Positions 55,201 through 62,410 of a DNA stretch of 64,000 bases are shown one piece after another. Position 1 is the stretch's first letter, and the number at the start of each line of letters is the position of its first letter. The notes beneath the pieces were generated by a model. That model made no database searches. It was not told where the DNA came from and was given only the letters and a program-made list of their open reading frames with translations. A program made the position numbers and the translations under genes. Origin of the DNA: Gammaproteobacteria bacterium (GTDB lineage Bacteria > Pseudomonadota > Gammaproteobacteria > UBA4575). The stretch is from positions 640,001 through 704,000 of the forward strand of contig CBDCUI010000007.1 in assembly GCA_965222615.1 (NCBI GenBank). Reading direction: 5' to 3'.

Positions 55201-57112
55201 ATGCATTTAGCCCTTGGTATTCGTTGTCAGCACTCATTGCTGGATCGGTCACAATCATATAGCTAATCGGACCATCGACCAGGTCATCGTTTTGTCCGGT
55301 TATGGTGACAGATTGCGGAGTGTTCCAATTATCGACCGTGAAATTAACCGAGTTAGGATTAACCGTTCCCTCGCTTGTATCACTACTGCGTAAACCAATG
55401 GTGACATTTGCAGTAGGTTTTGCACCTAAAACAACCGTGAAACTTGCAGTTTGCCCAGCCTCGCTCGTGTTTAGGCCAGAGCTTGGGTTTACATTAATTG
55501 TTCTAGGAGTTGCTGGCACAACACTCACTTCTATAGATTTACTTACATCAACACCATTAATGCCTTTACAAGCCAAGGTAAAGGTGGTTGTAGCTTGTAG
55601 ATTAGAAATTTTTTCACCACCAGCATTTGAAACGGCTTTGGCACCCGTCCAAGCAGAATTTGCTGGGTTTGCGCTGGCAGAGCAAGAACTAATATCTTTA
55701 GATTGCCACGACAAGGTCGTTGCCATGCCCTGTTCCACTGAAGTCGGCGCAGCAGTAAAGGTCAATTCTGGTTTTGCGGATACCACGGTAACGGTAACCG
55801 TAGAAGAAGAACTACCACCTTTACCGCTACAAGTCAGCGTGAAGCTTGTATCTTTAATAAGTTGAGTGATGCGTACACCGTTTTGGTTATTTACTGCACG
55901 GTTACCCAACCATCCACCGCTGGCTTCACAGCTATCCGCATTCGTAGAAGTCCAGGTTAAAACGGTAGCGCCGTTATATTCAATATTAGCCATTGGATCG
56001 GCTTTTAGGCTCACGGTAGGTGCGTTGGGTTTCGCTGCTACCGTAACCGCTACTGATTTTACTTCCGAATTAATATTGCCGATTGAACAGCTCAGCATAA
56101 AGTTGTTTACGCCTGCACTGATGAGATTGTTAAGTACTTTTGAACCCGAAGCCGCGATGACGCCCTGCCATTGGCCATCCGCTGTAGATCCAGAGGCTAG
56201 ACATTTTTCTGCATTTGACATCCATGAAAGTGTCGCACTAGCACCATATTCAACAGCAGTTGGATTGGCGCTGAATTGATTGATAATCGGTTGCACGTCG
56301 TTATCGGTATTCACTACTGCAACATCTGATGCCTCTAAATTTTGATAACTTGCATCCTGGCTGACTGCCGCATCGGTGATGATCATATAGTTGATTGGAC
56401 CATCTATGACCGCGTCATCTTGACCAATTACCGTGACGGTTTGTGGGGTGTCCCAATTGTCGATGGTGAAATTAACCGCATTCGGACTGACCGTTCCCTC
56501 GGTCGTGTCACTACTGCGTAAACCAATGCTGACGTCTGCAGTCGGTTTTGAAGCTAAAACCACCGTGAAACTTGCAGTTTGACCAGCTTCACTAGTACTT
56601 AATCCTGAAGTTGGGTTTACATTGATAGCACCAGGTGTAGCTACATCATTGTCGGTATTCGTTGCACTTACATCGCTAGCATCCAACCCATTGTAATTAA
56701 TATCCATGCTTATGGCTGCGGCGGTAACAATGGTATAAGCAACATTGCCATCGATCGCGCCATCGTCTATTCCAGTAACCGTAACGGTTTGCGCTTGACT
56801 CCAATTGGTACTATCAAAACTTAAAGAAGTAGGTGACACCATGCCTTCACTGCTGTCACTACTGCTTAAGGTTATAGAAACTTCTTCACTTGGTTGTGTC
56901 ACCAGCACCACACTAAATGCAGCCATGTCTCCGTTTTCTGACGTGACCAGTCCAGTAGAAGGAGTTACTTGAATTTCCGGTGTACTAGGAATGGGATTAA
57001 CAACTTCATCATCGTCATTGCTGTCACCATCAAATAACGAGTCCCCACCGCATGCAGTTAAAAAAACTGTAGATAGTAATAAAAGACCAAACCAACGTAC
57101 CAAACAACTCAT
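52280..57112 (-). CDS. Giant lipoprotein: Calx-beta-like and Ig-like repeats + cytochrome c domain + DUF1588/DUF1592-like region
   Basis: Lipobox LTAC; repeated beta-sandwich domains; CAGCH (54296-54310) and CTVCH (53351-53365); ADYTMVN, HAGLLT, NR.RAR...FLG.D, C..CH..DP segments typical of DUF1588/1592-type proteins. Confidence 0.75.
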   Translation of the reverse strand: MSCLVRWFGLLLLSTVFLTACGGDSLFDGDSNDDDEVVNPIPSTPEIQVTPSTGLVTSENGDMAAFSVVLVTQPSEEVSITLSSSDSSEGMVSPTSLSFDSTNWSQAQTVTVTGIDDGAIDGNVAYTIVTAAAISMDINYNGLDASDVSATNTDNDVATPGAINVNPTSGLSTSEAGQTASFTVVLASKPTADVSIGLRSSDTTEGTVSPNAVNFTIDNWDTPQTVTVIGQDDAVIDGPINYMIITDAAVSQDASYQNLEASDVAVVNTDNDVQPIINQFSANPTAVEYGASATLSWMSNAEKCLASGSTADGQWQGVIAASGSKVLNNLISAGVNNFMLSCSIGNINSEVKSVAVTVAAKPNAPTVSLKADPMANIEYNGATVLTWTSTNADSCEASGGWLGNRAVNNQNGVRITQLIKDTSFTLTCSGKGGSSSSTVTVTVVSAKPELTFTAAPTSVEQGMATTLSWQSKDISSCSASANPANSAWTGAKAVSNAGGEKISNLQATTTFTLACKGINGVDVSKSIEVSVVPATPRTINVNPSSGLNTSEAGQTASFTVVLGAKPTANVTIGLRSSDTSEGTVNPNSVNFTVDNWNTPQSVTITGQNDDLVDGPISYMIVTDPAMSADNEYQGLNASDVTVINMDDDVQPVISQFTATPTSVEYGGSTALSWTSNAEKCVASGAMAAGQWQGDVTASGSKTLSNLVDSGTNTFMLTCFIGNINSQVKSVAVTVAAKPNAPTVSLSANPMANIPYNGNTVLTWTSTDADSCQASGGWSGNRAVNNQNGVSITNLIQDTSFTLACTGKGGSSSSTVAVTVVPAMPDLTFTASPTSIDQGMATTLSWQSKDISTCTASANPANPAWTGTKAVSNANGVSINNLQASTSFTLNCQAINGIDISKSVSVNVNIDTTPNPDRGMFLYNNAIPGSNYAISCAGCHGADGVAVIAPRDINVKPCEANRCADEATLATYLTAQMPVPGVCDVQCGKDIAAYMFRDIIKENGDQTEPVDNSAFYTGVNAMSDQDVMRKAAIMLAGRLPTSAELNTAGDRAQMRQALINMMNGPEFEKFVSETVNDKLLVTGAYFIGNLRDDDYPRLAEIEADTQRRNVLRDALRYEPLELVKHIVRNDRPYSEVITADYTMVNPESAYLYQATLLDPMPNGADAKTFVRARTGINMNGRMSGAYPHAGLLTQPSFLIKWPSTDTNRNRMRARVTSDLFLGVDLEALATRAIDVDSVKNELNPTLNNPNCTVCHNTVDPIAGAFQNWYNSGGSYRRRNIGGTFTNISYYYASNARDENGVKYYQSGDIWYRDMVAPGYPFSGTGLPTSRNNTSLRWLGERMTADTRFDSGTAKFWYQGLFGRKPLAAPVEPDPVQQAAYDAQTVVFNQAGQIFRNNNHNLKHLLAELVLSPWFRSGSVDLANAGRAELADLGTSRVLTPEQLDRKLTALLGKTWTRLIGDNNYYLMYGNFDARIETRENTRNTQISSLMAAMIDRMGAELSCEVVRDDFNRNAGQRLLFPSVSPNDTPANAEAAIRQNLVHLHARFLGKNLSVNDTEIDRTFNLLQQVRNAAQSDNTSAPCSSVTDNNFMKRSWMIMLTYFIGTYEFLYE
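54385..56626 (-). repeat. Intragenic tandem duplication, 1128-bp period (376 aa)
   Basis: INVNP.SGL.TSEAGQTASFTVVL begins at 56626 and 55498; the following four domains are collinear and highly similar. Confidence 0.92.
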
Positions 57113-57377
57113 AGGTCACAACTCCATTTGCACGTGAATGCTTGCTCAACTCCTTTAGAGCCTATTCACATTATTTATTCCATGAAAAATATTTTGCTAA
57201 GTACAAGCCAAATAGTTTTTTCTCACACAATATTGCTGTGATTAAACATGAGTTAAACCACAGCTTTTGAATCCAACATAACGAACTTTGAATTAATCAA
57301 ATAATTTGTGAGCCTGCTACAAGATAAAAGGTCTTATTGAATGGACAAAAGGTATAAATATTTTCAAATTTTTGTAA

Positions 57378-57795
57378 TGTGAAGGCTCGCACAAAATGAA
57401 ATATATTCAATGTAATTAGTGAGTTATAAGAAACTGTGTAAATCGACACAGTTGTATTTTTAAGTTTGAAAAATGTATGCGTAAAGAAATGATTGGACGA
57501 TTTTTACTGGAAAAGAACAAAGTGCTAAGAGCACTATTTAGCAACGATAATCAGTAGGCAATTCCTGATGAAAGGAACACTGAAACATGGTCGAACTAGT
57601 ATAGTTTGATTTGCGAGCCTAAACATTGAAATTAAATTCATATCACAACGAGCCTTTTAAATCCTAGGCACATAAGTAGATACATCTATTTGTTTAGTCA
57701 GAAATTTAAACCCATTCAGTGCGTTATTAGGCCAATTTTTTTTAATAATACAGAATAATTTGTTCATACCAAGCAAGTGTGTGCGGCAACTCACA
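57378..57795. promoter_or_regulatory. CRP-like boxes in the divergent promoter region
   Basis: TGTGA-AGGCTC-GCACA (57378-57393), TGTGT-AAATCG-ACACA (57435-57450), TGTGC-GGCAAC-TCACA (57780-57795). Confidence 0.55.
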
Positions 57796-57878
57796 CTAAA
57801 GAAATATAGATAAAACGAAGAGTGAGAAATTCGATCAAACAGGTTGGTAATTATTTATTAAATTTAAGAGGTAAAGGT

Positions 57879-58379
57879 ATGAAATCACGTCTACTTAGCA
57901 AACTGATACTAATAATGTTGGTGGTTTTACCATTTGGCGTTTCTGCAATTTCAGTAGGTGACACCGTTCCATCATTTAAAGCAAGGACAATCGATGGAAG
58001 TAAAACCGTGGCACTTGAAGATTATAGGGGCAAAGTTGTGCTAGTAGATTTTTGGGCTTCTTGGTGCCCTCCCTGCCTCAAGTCGTTACCTAAATATAAT
58101 CAGTTACGCAGAGAAATTGGTACAGCTGATTTTGAAATCGTGGCAATTAACGTTGATGAAAACACCGACGAGGCTAGGAAATTCTTACAAAAACATCCAG
58201 TAAGTTATCCTGTTGCTAAAGATCCGAAAGGTATTTTACCTGGTGTGTTTGGAGTTAAGGCCATGCCTACTTCGTATTTAATCGACAAAAACGGTGTTGT
58301 GAAATACGTACATGCTGCGTTTAAAGATGGCGATATCGAAAAAATTAAGCACGAAATTGAAAAGTTAATCGCTAACTAA
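57879..58379 (+). CDS. TlpA/ResA family thiol-disulfide oxidoreductase
   Basis: DFWASWCPPC active site, cis-Pro AMPTSYLID, N-terminal signal/anchor from ATG 57879. Confidence 0.92.
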   Translation: MKSRLLSKLILIMLVVLPFGVSAISVGDTVPSFKARTIDGSKTVALEDYRGKVVLVDFWASWCPPCLKSLPKYNQLRREIGTADFEIVAINVDENTDEARKFLQKHPVSYPVAKDPKGILPGVFGVKAMPTSYLIDKNGVVKYVHAAFKDGDIEKIKHEIEKLIAN

Positions 58380-58392
58380 ATCTGATCGCACA

Positions 58393-58608
58393 GTGAAAAA
58401 CATAAGTACTTTAATACTACTACTAAGTGTTTTTCTACTTAGTGCCTGCACATCGGTAAGCCCTTGGGAGCGTGGCATTCTTGCTAAGCCAGAAATGGCG
58501 TGGGAACCAGATGTATTACAGGGAAAGTTACAAGAACATGTCTACTTCAGCAAAGAAGGCTCTAATGGGGGATATGGCGCCGGAGGCGGTGGTTGCGGTT
58601 GTAATTAA
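58393..58608 (+). CDS. DUF4266 lipoprotein
   Basis: Lipobox LSAC, V.PWERG.LAKPEM, H.YFSKE, C-terminal GGGGCGCN. Confidence 0.9.
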   Translation: MKNISTLILLLSVFLLSACTSVSPWERGILAKPEMAWEPDVLQGKLQEHVYFSKEGSNGGYGAGGGGCGCN

Positions 58609-58651
58609 ACATACTTAGATCAAATTTAAAAAGAAGTTAGAGAACTTAAAA

Positions 58652-59863
58652 ATGGGAAAAAAACAAGGCGGCCCTAGCCCCACTTTGGCCGCATTAACTT
58701 CTGCCGCTATGGCGCTTCCGGGGATTAGTTCATCTGTGAAAGCAGGCGTCGTTGCCAATCAACCTAAGCTGTCGTTGCAATATACGCGTTATGATGAAGA
58801 CAGTATTCCAAGTGGAGATGCCGATGTCGTGGTGGGGGATCGTGATCGTTACGACATCGATGTTGCGCTAATAGAGTTTTTATATCCCATCAATGCACAG
58901 TGGCAGATCACCGGTGGGTTCGCCTATGATGATATGAGTGGTTCTTCACCTTGGTATGTAAGACCGACGGATACTGCAAATGCAACAGGAGATCCATTGG
59001 TTGTGATGAGTGGTGCGACTATCGATGATACGCGTTACGATTTCAGCCTCAAAGCGGACTACTTTGGCGAAAAATTTACCGTCTCACCAAGTGTCGGGTA
59101 TTCAACCGAAAAAGATTATGAAGCCATTAGTGGTGGTGTCGAGGTGGAATATGAATTTCCCAACAAGGCCACTTCCATACGTGGAGGAGTATCGGTTTCG
59201 TTTGATGAAATCGATCCTACCCAACTTACTGGGCAAACCAGAATCAGTAGCGACGATAAAGAAAATTACGCAATTTTTGGTGGCCTGACACAGGTCATCA
59301 ACAAATACACCGTCATACAGACGACATTGGGAGTATCAGTTTTTGATGGGTTTTTATCTGACCCGTATAAGCAGGTATGGGTAGCCGGTAGTGTATTACC
59401 GGATAGTCGACCGGGTGATCGGACGCAATATACCTGGGCAACTCGCTTACGCCGCTATTCAGAATTATTGGGTGCAGCACTGCATGTAGATTATCGTTTT
59501 TATTACGATGATTGGGATGTGCGATCGCATACCTTGGATCTAGGTATACATAAAGTTACCGACAGTGGTTGGGCCTTCGATTCTTCCATTCGTTACTACT
59601 CTCAGACACAGGCCGATTTCTATGAACCATTTTATCGACAAACGCGTGCCGATGGAGAATATTCCAGTGATTATCGATTATCGCCATACGGCTCAATTGC
59701 ATTTCGATTAGGCTTGTCTGAGACCATCGATAATTGGACTGTAAAAATTGCTGCCGAACGTTACGTCAGTGACAAATCTTACTCAGTGCAAAAAGTCGAT
59801 GTTGAAAATCCTGCCTTATTGGACTACACCTTATTTTCATTTGGTGTTGACTATAGCTTTTAA
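58652..59863 (+). CDS. DUF3570 outer-membrane beta-barrel protein
   Basis: Signal LAALTSAAMALPG, E.DY, G.LSDPYK, DSRP..R, YRFYYDDW.V.SHT, RYYSQ..ADFY, SSDYRLS; C-terminal DYSF; position after DUF4266. Confidence 0.88.
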   Translation: MGKKQGGPSPTLAALTSAAMALPGISSSVKAGVVANQPKLSLQYTRYDEDSIPSGDADVVVGDRDRYDIDVALIEFLYPINAQWQITGGFAYDDMSGSSPWYVRPTDTANATGDPLVVMSGATIDDTRYDFSLKADYFGEKFTVSPSVGYSTEKDYEAISGGVEVEYEFPNKATSIRGGVSVSFDEIDPTQLTGQTRISSDDKENYAIFGGLTQVINKYTVIQTTLGVSVFDGFLSDPYKQVWVAGSVLPDSRPGDRTQYTWATRLRRYSELLGAALHVDYRFYYDDWDVRSHTLDLGIHKVTDSGWAFDSSIRYYSQTQADFYEPFYRQTRADGEYSSDYRLSPYGSIAFRLGLSETIDNWTVKIAAERYVSDKSYSVQKVDVENPALLDYTLFSFGVDYSF

Positions 59864-59923
59864 CATCCTGTTCTGGATAAAAATTTAGTACACTAAGTTT
59901 TTCGTTTAAACGGGTTTTCTTGT

Positions 59924-60856
59924 TTGCAACTGTTTAGCTTTCCTTTTAAAGCAATGGGTTCGCCCTGTGAGCTAAAACTCTATGCCGGTCATAAAGACAC
60001 AGCAGACCAAATTGCGGCACAGACTATTGCCGAGATTGATCGCTTAGAAAAAAAATATTCTCGTTATCGCGATGATAGTGTCACCAGCGCCATTAACCAA
60101 AGTGCAGGTGATAAGGATGGTGTCGTCGTTGATAAAGAGACTGCACGCTTACTCGATTATGCACAAGTAGGGTATGAACAAAGTGATGGCTTATTTGATA
60201 TCACGTCGGGAATTTTGCGCAGGGTATGGAATTTTCGATCTAATGAACTTCCTATGCAAGCAGATATTGAATCGATTTTACCTCTAATCGGTTGGAATAA
60301 AATTAGCTGGGATTCGCCTCGAATTTGTTTACCACAACAAGGTATGGAATTAGATTTTGGCGGTTATGTAAAAGAATATGCTGCTGATGTTGCGGCTAAT
60401 ACCTGCCAACATGCTGGAATTACTAATGGCCTGGTCAATTTGGGTGGTGATATTTGTGTTATCGGCCCACATCCAAATGGCAACGCTTGGAAAGTAGGTG
60501 TGCGACATCCGCGCAAGCCGAATGAACCTATGTCTTTTGTATTTTTAACTAGTGGCGGCCTGGCTAGCAGTGGTGATTATGAACGCTATATGGTCGTCAA
60601 CGGTGTCCGTTATGCCCATATTCTAAATCCAAAAACCGGCTGGCCGGTTAAGAGTCTTGCCAGTACCAGTGTTTATGCACCGCAATGTGTGGTTGCCGGC
60701 ACTTCATCAACGATCGCCATGTTGAAGGGTGATATTGATGGTGTACAGTGGTTGGAAGAGCTAGGCTTACCTTACATCTGTATGAATCAGGACGAGGAAA
60801 TCTTTGGTACACTCAAACGAGTCGAAAATTTAAATGCCATTTCCAGTTTCACATGA
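59924..60856 (+). CDS. apbE: FAD:protein FMN transferase (ApbE)
   Basis: AMG, FDIT, LDFGGYVKEYAAD, VNLGGD, ASSGDYER, HILNPKTG.P. Confidence 0.93.
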   Translation: MQLFSFPFKAMGSPCELKLYAGHKDTADQIAAQTIAEIDRLEKKYSRYRDDSVTSAINQSAGDKDGVVVDKETARLLDYAQVGYEQSDGLFDITSGILRRVWNFRSNELPMQADIESILPLIGWNKISWDSPRICLPQQGMELDFGGYVKEYAADVAANTCQHAGITNGLVNLGGDICVIGPHPNGNAWKVGVRHPRKPNEPMSFVFLTSGGLASSGDYERYMVVNGVRYAHILNPKTGWPVKSLASTSVYAPQCVVAGTSSTIAMLKGDIDGVQWLEELGLPYICMNQDEEIFGTLKRVENLNAISSFT

Positions 60857-60903
60857 ACAAGCCAAGTCGAAACGTCTAGCCCATTACTAAGAAAATGCCT
60901 GTA

Positions 60904-60927
60904 AATTTGTGATTTGAATCACAATTT
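60904..60927. promoter_or_regulatory. Consensus CRP-family binding site
   Basis: AATT-TGTGA-TTTGAA-TCACA-ATTT, a 10/10 match to TGTGA-N6-TCACA with AT-rich flanks. Confidence 0.75.
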
Positions 60928-61014
60928 CGTGATAAATCGTTAAATAAATCATACAAATACAGTCAGTTATTGAAACAAATCTACCACTGGCGATAAAAAA
61001 AGGGTACTATTTCG

Positions 61015-61086
61015 TTGCCACATTGTTCCAACTCCAGTGGCAAACTATGAAAGCCTTGTGGAAGGATCCATGGGGCTTTCTTTATT
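61015..61086 (+). ncRNA. Candidate small regulatory RNA (about 70 nt)
   Basis: -10-like TACTAT at 61005-61010; hairpin TTGCCAC/GTGGCAA with a 15-nt anti-SD loop; 14-bp terminator stem with an AGGA loop followed by TTTATT. Confidence 0.5.
61049..61086 (+). terminator. Rho-independent terminator (plus strand)
   Basis: GAAAGCCTTGTGGA-AGGA-TCCATGGGGCTTTC-TTTATT; three G-U pairs form only on the plus strand. Confidence 0.75.
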
Positions 61087-61092
61087 ACGTTT

Positions 61093-62238
61093 TCATAAAT
61101 GTAAAAACTCCTCTATTTGATCCGCATTTTCTTCAGCATCTTTTTCACCTAGCTGAATCAGACGATCTAAATAGTCTGGTTGAAACATAAGTAGTGACAG
61201 TGAATCTGGACTTTTTGTATCCCGTGTACCAAAGCCGCGTGTAAAGTAACGAAACGGTTGCGGTAGACGAATTTCATATTGACTGGCAAGTTTTCCTAAA
61301 TCTTCACTGGGACGAAGTATCAATAGTTCTATTTTGTTTAATTCTTCACGTGCTTGTTCATCTAGTTCTTCATATAGCTCATTAATGCGATTCATGTTCG
61401 CGGCATCATGATCAAGCAAATCTAAAAATACCGAATCTAATAAAATGCCAATAACCTGTGCAAGAGGTGCATACTCGCTAATTACAGATTCGTCCGGTGT
61501 AACTTGTCCACCACGAAAGCGTGTTGAAATGGCTAAGATACGTTTCGCGCCTAAATGCATGGCAGGTGAAAGTGGTGCAATCGATCGTATACCTCCATCG
61601 CCGTGCCAACCGTCGTCAAGTTTTACCGCCGGAAAAACTAGTGGCAATGCAGCCGATGCCATTACGTGATCGACAGTTATCACTGCTGTTTCACTATGTC
61701 TTCTAGGTCTTTGCCAATGTTCATAGCCTTGACCTTGTACCCAAGTAATGGATTTACCCGTACCATAGTTTGTACTGGTGATACCTAACACACGTAAACG
61801 TCCGCGGTCGATATTTTCTTGAATACCAAGAATAGGTTCAGTTGCTGCAGATAGTAATTTTCTTACTAAAAATTGACGTAGTGGATCGCTATCTAAAAGG
61901 CTTCGCTTACGAGGACCAATATCACTACCACCTAAAATAAACCCAAATCCCCAACGAAAAAAGTTTGCTAAGAAATAACCACTGTCGGTACGAAAGACTT
62001 TGTCGGTAGTTAATTCTAGCCATAGCTCAGTAAGGTGTTCGACGGCTTCACAAAATGTACCTTGATATGCGGCAAGATGCGCGGCATTAACTGCTCCCGC
62101 AGAAACACCGGTAATAATGGGCGGTTGAAAACTGTCATATTTTTTACATATATAGCGTAATACTCCGACCTGATATGCTGCACGTGCACCACCACCAGTC
62201 ATGGCTAGTCCCAGATCATTGTTATTTGCATCTAGCAT
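61093..62238 (-). CDS. Patatin-like phospholipase
   Basis: GGGARAAYQVG, GVSAG nucleophile, ASAALP..FP, DGG. Confidence 0.92.
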   Translation of the reverse strand: MLDANNNDLGLAMTGGGARAAYQVGVLRYICKKYDSFQPPIITGVSAGAVNAAHLAAYQGTFCEAVEHLTELWLELTTDKVFRTDSGYFLANFFRWGFGFILGGSDIGPRKRSLLDSDPLRQFLVRKLLSAATEPILGIQENIDRGRLRVLGITSTNYGTGKSITWVQGQGYEHWQRPRRHSETAVITVDHVMASAALPLVFPAVKLDDGWHGDGGIRSIAPLSPAMHLGAKRILAISTRFRGGQVTPDESVISEYAPLAQVIGILLDSVFLDLLDHDAANMNRINELYEELDEQAREELNKIELLILRPSEDLGKLASQYEIRLPQPFRYFTRGFGTRDTKSPDSLSLLMFQPDYLDRLIQLGEKDAEENADQIEEFLHL

Positions 62239-62410
62239 CTTGTTTTAGTGGATTAGTAGGCCTATAAAGAAATCAACTGTAATGCGCATGGATATTCAAA
62301 TGTATATAGTATGAATCGTTAAACAGTCGACTCAAGAAAGTAAAAATTTATCGTTAGCCTATTTATAAGAGGAGCTTATTTTAAAACGCTTAGTCAGGTT
62401 TTCACAAACT

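Noticed and set aside
55302-56279. Long plus-strand ORFs (187 and 137 aa) opposite the giant lipoprotein
   Set aside because: Antisense shadows of a Thr/Ser/Val-rich repetitive CDS, with no RBS or recognisable motifs.
50971-60856. Locus as a recently inserted genomic island
   Set aside because: No integrase, tRNA, flanking direct repeats or transposase visible. It may be accessory, but mobility is not supported by this sequence.
61093-62238. Patatin as a CBASS/CapV-type defence effector
   Set aside because: No cyclase or other defence genes adjacent; it looks like a stand-alone housekeeping patatin next to aceE.
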